From an uncultured Acidimicrobiaceae bacterium (GTDB lineage: Bacteria; Actinomycetota; Acidimicrobiia; Acidimicrobiales; Salinilacustritrichaceae), in assembly GCA_963730345.1 (NCBI GenBank), contig CAVSRP010000037.1:46038-110037 (forward strand): a DNA stretch of 64,000 bases, read 5' to 3'. The position numbers and the translations under genes were made by a program. Under the pieces are notes generated by a model, which was given only the letters and a program-made list of their open reading frames with translations, was not told the origin of the DNA and did no database searches. Below are positions 17,246 through 26,225 of this stretch, one piece after another. The first letter of the stretch is position 1. Every line of letters begins with the position of its first letter.

Positions 17246-19429
17246 CACCCCCGACACCGTCCCCGGCGCGATGTACGGACCTGACACCGTCCGACCCCAC
17301 AGCGATACCGGACGCGGGTACCACTCGCCGTTCTGCAGCCCCTGGGTGTCGAAGATCATCGACTCGAACGTCCCGCTGCGCAGACCGTCCGAGCGTGAGC
17401 CCCAGACCTCCACGAGTTTCGGCGCGTCGGGGACCCAGGTCGACCACGTCGGGTGGTTCTTGTGGATCCAGGCCCCGACCACGTCACCGTCGAATGCCTT
17501 CGACACCCATGTCACCTGGTCGACGCTGGAGACGGGCGTGACGCAACTCGAACAACCCCGCTGCGCCGCGACCTGGTTGGCGCGAAGAGCGCTGTTGAGC
17601 CAGGACAGATTGGCATCTAGGACCGCGTTGCTGCCGAGCAGGGCGGCGTAGAGCAGCGAGTCGCCCAGTGCGCCCGGAGCGGCGGTGGCCCCGCTGAGCG
17701 ACGTGTCCTCGTTGACCTGGTTGATGAACGGATGGACGGCCGTCAGGTGGCGCTGGGCCAGCGTGGCGTAGCTCGGGCCGCTGGACGGGGTCTTGCCTCG
17801 CGCGCCCGCGATCGACAGGACGACGCCGATCTTGGTGGTGAGGACGGTGTGTCCCGCCTCGACCTGGTGAGCGGCCCTGGTCGCACCGTCATAGGTCGTG
17901 CCCAGGTTCGAGGTGCGGCACGCGCCGCCGTTCGGGAGACATGCCGTCATCGACGTGACGTCGAGCGTGCCGTCGGCATCCACGTCGTGGGCTTCGATCG
18001 CAGCCAGCATCCGCCGGATGAAGGCGTCGTCGTAGGTCTGGCCGGTTCGCTGCTCCCACAACATCGCCATCGCCACGACGTCGATGTCCTCCTCAGCGGC
18101 CATGTGTCGCCGATCGCCCGGCTTCAGGTCATAGGCCTGGCCGGCGGTGAGCAGTGTGGTCTTGCCGAGATCGTGGAGGATGTACTGGTTCCCATCACCG
18201 TCGACCTCGTAGTGCGCCTTCCACTGGTCGAGCTCGAGCTTGGACTTCCATGGCTCGAACTCGGTCTGGAACGGATGCACCTCGTAGGCGACGTCGACGG
18301 TCGACAGGTAGCCGAAGCCGCCCTCCGTGATGGTCCAGAACGGGTCACCACCCGGAGTCCGGGTGAGCTTGCCGTTGTGGCGGTAGCCGTGGACCGCTCG
18401 CGCCGCCGACCAGCGGGTGGGACCGTCGCTAGCGACATCGGCGGTTCGGCTGTCGAACGCCGAGGATGCGGCGAACGCGGTGGTCTCGGAGGTAATGGCG
18501 GCATCGAGCATGGCGACGGCGTTGGCCCACCAGCCGAGGTAATAGAACGGCATCGCCTGCCCGCTGACCGAGGTGAGGGGTGCCTGCGTGTTCCAGGCGC
18601 CGTAGACGAGCGTGGTGCTCCAGCTCTCCCCCACCGCGAGGGACGGTATGGCGTAGGCGACGCCACCCTGGCCGCTGCTCGCCGACGAGTCGAGGTCACC
18701 GTCGGCCGCGAAGTCGCTGGTGAGGTTGTTGCCGCTCCCGAAGGTTGCACCGGCCGTCGGGGCCGCGAGGTACCGAGTCCCGCCGTGGTCACCGGAATTG
18801 CAGTAGCGAAGTGTCCGATATCCAGCCCGGGGGCTGCTGGTGATGTCGGGCCCGCATCTCGACCCAAGGGCCAGCATGAACGCGGACGCGGACGACGCCG
18901 AGGTCCCGGTGTTCTCGACGAAGAGCCGCAGGTACATGAAGGGGCCGTTGGAGAGCTTCGACTCCACGGAGTCGACGGTGGTGCTCGGGGCGAGCGGATC
19001 GGTGACCTGGAAGGTGAACCGCAAGGCCCCGCCGCGCTCCCTGGACGAGCGTCGAGGTGGGTGTGACCCCGACGCGTGCTCCGTCGAGAACGGGAGTCGA
19101 GCCCGCGGTGGGGGGAAGCTTCCCGGTCGTCCCGTCCGCGGTGTGCACGAGTGCCGTGAAGCCGGCATCGGTGCCCCGTTCGCCGGCGCTGTAGTCGTGA
19201 GCCGCCGAGGACACCACCGACGACGCGCCGAAGTTGAAGTTGAGATCGAGTGCGTGATCGCCGTTCTCGATCGAGTCGGTGACCGGGTCGTTGAGCCACT
19301 GGTCGGGGACCATCGGCGCTGCTCCGGGCGTTGCCGCAACGGGTGTCGCCGACGCGAGCGTGAGTCCCGCCGCGCTCAGCGCGACCACGACCGTTGCTCG
19401 AACAAATCGCGCGAAGGCGGGCGATCCGG

Positions 19430-20380
19430 TCATGGGGCGCCGGCTCTCACTGCCGGCTTGACCCGCGCTCCGTGGTCGGTCCACCAGGACTTGACTCGGT
19501 CGAATCCGACCTCGAGGTCATAGAAGGCCAGGTAGCAGAGGACGAGACCGAGGAAGCTGATGTCGAGGAGCACCAACGTCCCGAGGTGGAAGCTGACCAT
19601 GACGGCCAGGTAGATGTCGCGGATCCGACCCCGGAAGAACAGCAGCGGCGACAGCGCTTCGGTCAGCACTGTGACCGCGGACATCGCCTCGATGATGCCC
19701 GGGTGGCGGGCGACGCTCAGACCGAGAGACTGCTGCTTCTCGATGAGAACCTCGTTCAGGGCGCCGCTGTGGATCCAGCCGAGGCCCTGGGCGCGCAATT
19801 TCGAATAGGCCGCGAACGCGTAGGCGCAGACGACGACGACCATGACGAGTCGCAACGCCCAGCCGGCGAGCACGTCGCGCGGTTCCGACTCGGCGCCGGC
19901 GTCGTCATCGGTGGGCCCTCGCTTGTTCCGGCGGCGGAGGTCGTCGATCGAGTACGCGGCACCTGCTGGTGCGACGGCAAGTGCGAACAGCGAGAGCACG
20001 ATGGGGACCCGTCCGTGCTCGATGGCGTGGAACGAGTAGAAGGTGCCGAACCAGTAGGTGTACAAGATCGCCGACACCCACAGGGAGACACGGGTCCAGA
20101 GACCGATCAGGGCACAGGCCAGGGCCACGATGAGGACACCGCGGACGATGGTGGTGGCCCCGGGTCCGAGGCGGGGTACCTGCAGGATCCGGAAGAGCAG
20201 GATCGGCTGGTGGAACGCCGCGTCGACGCGTGAGAAGCGACTCATGTAGGACGACACGAACGCGATGTCGATCAGCGCGTAGGCCGTGAGCACGATGCGG
20301 AACAGCGACAACCGGCGAACCGGCACCGCCGGGAACCAGAACTGCTGCCACCGATCGACGACCGCGTTCACTCCGCCCAC
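19430..20380 (-). CDS. HTTM-domain (vitamin K-dependent gamma-carboxylase-like / SdpB-like) polytopic membrane protein
   Basis: The N-terminus DRWQQFWFPAVPVRRLSLFRIVLTAYALIDI is the typical HTTM start. There are about 8 hydrophobic segments. The stop overlaps the giant gene start (ATGA at 19430-19433). Confidence 0.7.
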   Translation of the reverse strand: MGGVNAVVDRWQQFWFPAVPVRRLSLFRIVLTAYALIDIAFVSSYMSRFSRVDAAFHQPILLFRILQVPRLGPGATTIVRGVLIVALACALIGLWTRVSLWVSAILYTYWFGTFYSFHAIEHGRVPIVLSLFALAVAPAGAAYSIDDLRRRNKRGPTDDDAGAESEPRDVLAGWALRLVMVVVVCAYAFAAYSKLRAQGLGWIHSGALNEVLIEKQQSLGLSVARHPGIIEAMSAVTVLTEALSPLLFFRGRIRDIYLAVMVSFHLGTLVLLDISFLGLVLCYLAFYDLEVGFDRVKSWWTDHGARVKPAVRAGAP

Positions 20381-20880
20381 CTCGCGACTTCCACGACCTG
20401 CACGTCGTCATCGGGGTCGAGCGGAAGTTGGCGGTAGACGAGCACGGCTCGCACCGCGTCCTGATCATTCCAGCCCTCCCACGCGCTGACGAGCTCACTC
20501 ATCCGCTCGTCGATCTTGCGTCGAGGGTGACCGTTGCGGTCGGCCACCTCGCCGGTCATGAACACGACGTACTGGTGTCGCGTCAGGCCGAAATCGTGCG
20601 CACCGGCGACGAACTCCTTGCCGCTGACCGTGGTCACGATCAGTTGCGGATCGACGGTGAAGGTCCGCTCCTCCCGGAACATCGGGAAACCGGGAACCGG
20701 CCATGTTCCGTTGCGGAGCGTGAGACCTGATCCCAACTGAACGACCACGATGGCCACCGTGACGAGTGACACCACACCGATCACCCATCGAGGATGGGGC
20801 AGGGGAGTTGCGGGCTCAGCCGGACGCTCGTCGACGTCGGCTCGCCCCCCTCTGCTGACCAACGCTCGTGCTCGCGCCAT
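20368..20880 (-). CDS. Small membrane-anchored protein of unknown function, first gene of the HTTM operon
   Basis: ATG at 20880 (MARARALV...). There is one TM segment (WVIGVVSLVTVAIVVVQL) followed by a ~125-aa soluble domain. It overlaps the HTTM start by 13 nt. The track ORF extension to 21039 is Arg-rich and unlikely. Confidence 0.55.
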   Translation of the reverse strand: MARARALVSRGGRADVDERPAEPATPLPHPRWVIGVVSLVTVAIVVVQLGSGLTLRNGTWPVPGFPMFREERTFTVDPQLIVTTVSGKEFVAGAHDFGLTRHQYVVFMTGEVADRNGHPRRKIDERMSELVSAWEGWNDQDAVRAVLVYRQLPLDPDDDVQVVEVARWAE

Positions 20881-21080
20881 CGTCCCCGTCTCCGCCACTC
20901 CGTTTCCGGTTTCCTGCCCCTTCCACGATGGCAAAGTCGCGAGGCTCTTCGGTCCGAATGGCGGCATTTCATGGCCTCTGCACGCGCGTCGTCGTCGCCG
21001 CGAAGGGTGGGCGCCACTCACCGGAGGCAAGGACGCCACCTCCCCTACGGAACGTGACGCGCGTCTGATGACGAGATCGC

Positions 21081-22310
21081 TCAGGCCGACCGACGCTGGT
21101 TCAACACAAGCACGTTGTCGTGGAGGATCTTGCGCTGGTCAGCGGCCGCCAGGTGCTCGACCTCGGGCACGTACTGGAGCGGCTCGGGCAGCGCCTCGAT
21201 GTGGGGCCAGTCGCTGCCGAAGAGCACCCGGTCGACGCCCATGTTGTCGACCACCTCGTCGATCTGGTCCTCCCAGAACGGGTTGATCCAGATGTGCCGG
21301 CGAAACGTCTCGACCGGATCCTCGGGGAACCACCCGTTCATCTTGCGGGCGACGACCCGCAGGCGGCCGAAGAGCCCACGCAGGTAGGTGCTGCCGTTCT
21401 CGACGCTGGCGACGCGCAGGTTGGGGAACCGGTGGAACAGGTTGTCGCCCACCAGCGCGGCGAGGAAGTCCTCGATGGGGCGCTCGAGCTGGAGCATCCG
21501 GATGGGCTGGGGCACGCCGCTGAAGTCGGTGGTGAAGCCGTCGCGGGCGTAGCCATGGCTGGTGTACCCGGCGTCGCCGGCGTGGACCACGACGGTCACC
21601 CCGGCTTCGTTCGCCCGGGCCCAGAACGGGTCGAACATCGGATCGGTGGGTGGCTTCTGCCCGGCGAGCGTGGTCGGAGCGGCCGGGCGCATGACGATGG
21701 TGCGAGCATCGTGGTCGAGCGCCCACTCCAGCTCCCGACAGGCCCAGTCGACGTCGACGAGCGGGATGTACGGGCCGGCGAAGATGCGGTCGCGGTAGGC
21801 GAAGCCCCAGTCCTCCTCCAGCCACCGGTTGAACGCGGTGAACAGCAGGGTGACGGCCTCGGGGTCGTGGTGGAGCGGCTCCTCGTAGATCATGCCCAGG
21901 GTGGGGAACAGCCACACCGCGCCGACGCCTTGCGCATCCATGGTGGCCAACCGGGCGTCGCGGTCCCGGTACTCCGGCCGGATGGGCTCGTGCCGGCCGA
22001 GGAGCTCGAGCGGGTTGTCACCGTTGGGGTTGCCGCGGAAGTAGTCGGCGAGCACCCCGGGGAACGCCACCGGGTCGAACGTGGCGTTCTTGACCCCGCG
22101 GAAGACCTTCCCGCCGAGCACCGGGTACGTGCGGCCCTCGATCTGGGCCCACTGGAACACCCGGGTCGCGTGGCGGGGGTCGAGGTGGCGGCTGAAGGCA
22201 TCGAGCGCCTCGTAGTAGTGGTTGTCGGCGTCGAAGGGTCGGTACCCCAAGGCGTCGACCGCCTGCGCCGCGTCACCTGGGCCAGCCTCGGTCATGACCA
22301 TGTCTGACAT
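21081..22310 (-). CDS. Amidohydrolase-2 family metal-dependent hydrolase (PF04909-like)
   Basis: FDADNHYYE near the N-terminus and VLFGSDWPH near the C-terminus. ATG at 22310 (MSDMVMTE). The longer track ORF overlaps the ligase gene. Confidence 0.8.
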   Translation of the reverse strand: MSDMVMTEAGPGDAAQAVDALGYRPFDADNHYYEALDAFSRHLDPRHATRVFQWAQIEGRTYPVLGGKVFRGVKNATFDPVAFPGVLADYFRGNPNGDNPLELLGRHEPIRPEYRDRDARLATMDAQGVGAVWLFPTLGMIYEEPLHHDPEAVTLLFTAFNRWLEEDWGFAYRDRIFAGPYIPLVDVDWACRELEWALDHDARTIVMRPAAPTTLAGQKPPTDPMFDPFWARANEAGVTVVVHAGDAGYTSHGYARDGFTTDFSGVPQPIRMLQLERPIEDFLAALVGDNLFHRFPNLRVASVENGSTYLRGLFGRLRVVARKMNGWFPEDPVETFRRHIWINPFWEDQIDEVVDNMGVDRVLFGSDWPHIEALPEPLQYVPEVEHLAAADQRKILHDNVLVLNQRRSA

Positions 22311-22339
22311 CGTGTCAGATTGTGGCCGCGGTGCCCAGG

Positions 22340-23878
22340 TCAGCGGTGCAAACCGGGCAACAGTGCGCGGACCGCGTCGATCGTGTCGGCGTCGCCCGCG
22401 CCCTTGTCCTGCCGGTACCGCCGCACGCGGGCGAAGCGCAGGGCGACGCCCCCGGGGTAGCGGGTCGATGCCTGGGCACCGTCCACCGCGACCTCGACGA
22501 CCTGCTCGGGACGAACCCAGACGGTGTGCCCCGACTCCCGAGTCTTCAGGTCCTGGAAGCGCGCCGTCTGCCAGGCCAGCATCTCGTCGGTCATCCCCTT
22601 GAAGGTCTTGCCCACCATGACCAGCTCGTCGGTGTCGGATTGGCGGGCCCCGAGGTGGATGTTCGACAGCCAGCCCCGCCGGCGACCACTCCCCCACTCC
22701 ACGGCCAGCACCACCAGGTCGAGGGTGTGCACGGGTTTCACCTTCCGCCACGACTTGCCGCGGCGACCGGCGTCGTACGGACTGTCGGCGGCCTTGACCA
22801 TCACCCCCTCGTGACCGCGGGCGAGGGCGTCGTCGAGCACCGCCTGGGCCGTGGTGGGCTCGTCGGTGACGGTGCCGGGGACGAGGTGGGGACCGACGAG
22901 GTCGCCGAGACGTCGTCGGCGGACGTGCAGCGGCTCGTCGATCTGGTCCGTCCCGTCGAGGTGGAGGAGATCGAAGAAGTGGGGAACCAACCGGGTGGAA
23001 TGGTCGCCGGCGTCGCCCCGGCCGAAACGGCTCATCGTGTCCTGGAATGCCTGTGGTGTGTCATCGGGCACCTCGGGACCCATGAAGCCGAGGACCTCTC
23101 CGTCGAGCACGAACGATCTCCCCGGGAACGCGGTCACGATGTCGACCACCTCCGGGAGGCGAGCGGTCACGTCGTTGAGGTTCCGGGTGAAGATGCGGAT
23201 CTCGTCGTCGCGGCGGTGGACCTGGATTCGGGCGCCGTCGAGCTTCCACTCCACACTGGCCCGGCCCACCTCGTCGATCGCCGCCGTCACCGACTCGCTG
23301 GTGGACGCCAGCATCGGCAGCACCGGACGGAGGGGTTCGAGGCCGACGGCCGCCACCGCGCCCTCCCCCTCGGTCAGTGCGAGGTGGGCGACCACGCCGA
23401 GGTCGCCGGCCAGCATCACCGAGCGGCGCACCACACCCAGCGCGATCCCTGAGGCCACGGCCACGGCATCGGTGAGCACGCCGGCGAGGGCTCCGGTCCG
23501 CATCTCACCCACGAACAGGCGTCCGAGGAAGTCGGCCTCCTCGACCGTCGCTCGACCGAACAGCTCGCCGAGTAGTTCGCGCCGGGTGGCCTGGGAGCCT
23601 GATCCGGTGGTCTCGCGCAGCCGGGTGACGGTCTCGTCCACCTCGGCCACCGTGAGCGTGGGCTCGTCGGCGGGAGCCACGTCGAGGTCTCCGATCGTGG
23701 CCCAACCGATGCCGATGCGCCCCTGGCGAAGCTCGCCGAGCAGGAACCCGACCACCGTCGGCACATCGCGGGGATCGATGTCGCCGAACAGCGCGGCGAG
23801 CGCGGCCCGTTTCTGGTTCCGCTTCGGGGTCGAGGTGACAGCTTCGGCAGCTTCGACCACCGAAGCCAACGAGGTCAC
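22340..23878 (-). CDS. ATP-dependent DNA ligase (LigI/LigB-like: DNA-binding, adenylation and OB domains)
   Basis: Adenylation motif I is EWKLDGARIQ. Other motifs: FVLDGEVL, GHEGVMVK, WRKVKP. GTG at 23878 overlaps the ung stop (GTGA). Confidence 0.9.
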   Translation of the reverse strand: MTSLASVVEAAEAVTSTPKRNQKRAALAALFGDIDPRDVPTVVGFLLGELRQGRIGIGWATIGDLDVAPADEPTLTVAEVDETVTRLRETTGSGSQATRRELLGELFGRATVEEADFLGRLFVGEMRTGALAGVLTDAVAVASGIALGVVRRSVMLAGDLGVVAHLALTEGEGAVAAVGLEPLRPVLPMLASTSESVTAAIDEVGRASVEWKLDGARIQVHRRDDEIRIFTRNLNDVTARLPEVVDIVTAFPGRSFVLDGEVLGFMGPEVPDDTPQAFQDTMSRFGRGDAGDHSTRLVPHFFDLLHLDGTDQIDEPLHVRRRRLGDLVGPHLVPGTVTDEPTTAQAVLDDALARGHEGVMVKAADSPYDAGRRGKSWRKVKPVHTLDLVVLAVEWGSGRRRGWLSNIHLGARQSDTDELVMVGKTFKGMTDEMLAWQTARFQDLKTRESGHTVWVRPEQVVEVAVDGAQASTRYPGGVALRFARVRRYRQDKGAGDADTIDAVRALLPGLHR

Positions 23879-24534
23879 GGGATGCACCAGTCCACGGGCT
23901 CTCGGCCAGCCTCCACCAGTGCGGCGTTGGCCCGGCTGAAGGGCTTGGTGCCGAAGAAGCCCTTGTGAGCCGACAGCGGCGACGGGTGTGGCGACTCGAT
24001 CACCGCGTGGCGGGTGGTGTCGACGAAGGCGCGCTTGCGACGGGCCGCCGCGCCCCACAGGACGAACACGACGCGTTCCGGCTTGGCGTTGACCACCTCG
24101 ATGACCCGGTCGGTGAAGGTCTCCCACCCCTTGCGCTGATGCGACGCCGCCTGCCGGGCTCGGACGGTCAGGGTGGTGTTGAGCAGCAGGACACCCTGCC
24201 CGGCCCAGTGCTCCAGGTTTCCGTGCGCGGGGCGGCGGCACCCGAGATCGTCCTCCAGTTCGGTGAAGATGTTCACCAGCGAGGGGGGGATCTCGACCCC
24301 CTGACGCACCGAGAAGCACAGCCCGTGGGCCTGGCCGGGGCCGTGGTAGGGGTCCTGGCCGAGGATCAGCACCTTGACCTCGGCGTACGGCGTGAGGTGG
24401 AGGGCGGCGAAGACCTCGTCATGGGGTGGGTACACCGTGTGTCGGCCGCGTTCATCCCGCACGAACGACTGCAACTCGCGCCAGTACGGCTCCTCGAACT
24501 GGTCGCGCAGCAGCGGGTTCCAGTCGGTCTTCAT
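23875..24534 (-). CDS. ung: Uracil-DNA glycosylase, family 1
   Basis: GQDPYHGPGQAHGLCFSV and HPSPLSA motifs; 219 aa. Confidence 0.95.
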   Translation of the reverse strand: MKTDWNPLLRDQFEEPYWRELQSFVRDERGRHTVYPPHDEVFAALHLTPYAEVKVLILGQDPYHGPGQAHGLCFSVRQGVEIPPSLVNIFTELEDDLGCRRPAHGNLEHWAGQGVLLLNTTLTVRARQAASHQRKGWETFTDRVIEVVNAKPERVVFVLWGAAARRKRAFVDTTRHAVIESPHPSPLSAHKGFFGTKPFSRANAALVEAGREPVDWCIP

Positions 24535-24600
24535 CGGCTCCGGACCCTAGCGACGGCCTTCGCCGGGCGGGACGGGACCAGCCGGTCTAGCGTCACCGCG

Positions 24601-25398
24601 ATGAGCGCACTGGACGGGCAGATCGCCATCGTGACCGGGGCCGGTTCGGGGATGGGCGCCGCCATCGCCCGTCGGCTGGCGGCCGACGGCGCGCATGTCG
24701 TGGTCAACGACATCGACGAACCGGGGGCGAAGGCCACGGCCACGGACGTCGACGGGGAGGTTGCGATCTTCGACGTGGCCGACTCGGCCGCGTTCGACGC
24801 CGCGGTCGACGGCGTGGCCGAGACCCACGGCCGACTCGACATCCTGGTCAACAACGCCGGAGTGGTGAACGATCGTCCCGATCTGTTCGAACGGATGGTG
24901 GCGGCGATGAGCGCCGAGATGGAGGGACGCACGCCGGAGCCGGTGCGGGTGCTGTCGTCGATGACCGACGCCCAGTTCGACCGCGTGATGCGGATCCACC
25001 TGTACGGGACGTTCCACGGCATGCGGGCGGCCCTACGCCACATGGAACCGGCCCGCTCGGGCGCCATCGTGAACCTGGCCTCGATCTTCGGGCTGCGGGG
25101 CTCGCCCACCACGCCCGAGTACGCCGCCGCCAAGCACGCCATCGTCGGCCTCACCCGCTCCACGGGCAGCGAGGTCGCGGCGCTCGGCATCCGCGTCAAC
25201 GCGGTGGCGCCCGGGTTCATCGACACCCCGCTGCTCGATCCGATGAACGACTTCAAGCCCATGCTCGTCGGCCAGATCCCCGCCCGGCGCTTGGGCCGGG
25301 CCGAGGAGGTGGCCGATGCGGTGCGGTTCCTCGCCGGGCCGGAGGCGAGCTACTCCTTCGGCGACGTGTTGCAGCTGACCGGCGGCTCCGGGGACTAG
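24601..25398 (+). CDS. SDR-family oxidoreductase
   Basis: TGAGSGMGAAIA cofactor motif, NNAG, and YAAAKHA catalytic YxxxK. ATG at 24601. Confidence 0.9.
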   Translation: MSALDGQIAIVTGAGSGMGAAIARRLAADGAHVVVNDIDEPGAKATATDVDGEVAIFDVADSAAFDAAVDGVAETHGRLDILVNNAGVVNDRPDLFERMVAAMSAEMEGRTPEPVRVLSSMTDAQFDRVMRIHLYGTFHGMRAALRHMEPARSGAIVNLASIFGLRGSPTTPEYAAAKHAIVGLTRSTGSEVAALGIRVNAVAPGFIDTPLLDPMNDFKPMLVGQIPARRLGRAEEVADAVRFLAGPEASYSFGDVLQLTGGSGD

Positions 25399-25521
25399 CC
25401 CCGGAGCCAGCCAGCCGGTGGTGCTCCCACCAGCGGTACGCAGACGCGTCCAGTTTCCACTTTGGGGGTTCAGAACCCTCCGGGGGAACAGGGGACGGAC
25501 CGCTGTGGTTGGGTGGGCCGT

Positions 25522-26169
25522 ATGCGCATCGATGTGTGGTCCGACGTGGTCTGTCCGTGGTGCTACCTCGGCAAGAAGCGACTGGAGGCCGCGCTCGACC
25601 AGCTGGATTTCGCCGACGAGGTCGACGTCCGGTGGCGTGCCTTCCAACTCGATCCCACCGCGTCCACCGAGCCCAAGGACCTGCGCGCCGCCATCGACCG
25701 CAAGTACGGCCCGGGCTCCTTCGAGGGCATGCAGCGGCGCCTGGGAGCCCTGGGCGCCGAGGTCGGCATCGACTACCGCTTCGACCTCGCCCAGCGGGTC
25801 ACCAGCGTCCCCGCGCTCATGCTGGTCGCCTGGATCGAGGAGACCGAGGGACCGGAGATGGCCGGCCGTCTCCACGACCGCCTCTTCCGGGCCTACTTCA
25901 CCGAAGGGGCCAACATCGCCGATCCGGCCAACCTCGTCGACTGGGCGGTGGAAGTCGGCGCCGATCGAGCGCTGGCCGGCGAGGCGATGGCCACGGGGGC
26001 GGGCCGCGACGGGGTCGTCCGCGACCTGGAAGCGGCCACCGATCGTCAGATCACCGGCGTGCCGGCGTTCGTGATCGAGGACAAGGCGCTGATCCCCGGC
26101 GCCCAGGACGTCGAGACGTTCAAGATCATGCTGACCCGGCTCCACGACAAGTACGCGGCGGCGGGCTGA
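25522..26169 (+). CDS. DsbA-family oxidoreductase (FrnE/HCCA isomerase-like)
   Basis: MRIDVWSDVVCPWCYLGKKRLE has the CPWC motif. It also carries a C-terminal GVPAFVI motif. Confidence 0.85.
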   Translation: MRIDVWSDVVCPWCYLGKKRLEAALDQLDFADEVDVRWRAFQLDPTASTEPKDLRAAIDRKYGPGSFEGMQRRLGALGAEVGIDYRFDLAQRVTSVPALMLVAWIEETEGPEMAGRLHDRLFRAYFTEGANIADPANLVDWAVEVGADRALAGEAMATGAGRDGVVRDLEAATDRQITGVPAFVIEDKALIPGAQDVETFKIMLTRLHDKYAAAG

Positions 26170-26225
26170 GCTGCCATCGCCTACGGTCCGGCACGAAAAT
26201 CGTCCCCAGGAAAGGCCGATCCCCC

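Larger units (their letters stand above)
14274..19433 (-). pseudogene. Giant secreted GH116/GH52-clan-like glycoside hydrolase fused to four tandem [carboxypeptidase-regulatory-like + malectin-like] cassettes; the reading frame is interrupted twice
   Basis: Three track ORFs join into one gene. 18789..19484 supplies the signal peptide (MTGSPAFARFVRATVVVALSAAGLTLASA, from ATG 19433). 14861..19339 is the body. 14274..14945 is the last cassette. Catalytic-module motifs: ITEGGFGYLSTVDVAYEVHPF and ILHDLGK. Cassette motifs: GATVQVCP...SPDGSYVISVEAGSYQVVASASGF and RINAGSSSSFTDSAGQVWGADQYF...LYRSQRY. Confidence 0.65.

Noticed and set aside
20368-20880. Calling the small protein upstream of the HTTM gene an SdpA-family or DUF5819 protein.
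   Set aside because: The size, single TM segment and position fit. However, I do not see the F..NW.LFAP-type motif I associate with that family, and I cannot run an HMM. It stays as unknown function.
22311-22751. N-terminal extensions of the amidohydrolase ORF (to 22751), the ligase ORF (to 24319), GT2 (to 12823), the membrane protein (to 43177), the LytR_C protein (to 59000) and metY (from 25509).
   Set aside because: The extensions are Arg-rich and overlap the preceding well-supported gene. They end at internal starts that create 4-nt stop/start overlaps or follow a Shine-Dalgarno sequence.
25399-26225. A SAM riboswitch or other leader upstream of metY.
   Set aside because: The metY leader is only 56 nt. 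The 123-nt region before the DsbA-like gene shows no resemblance to the SAM-I/SAM-IV cores I can recall, and I found no convincing conserved helices.
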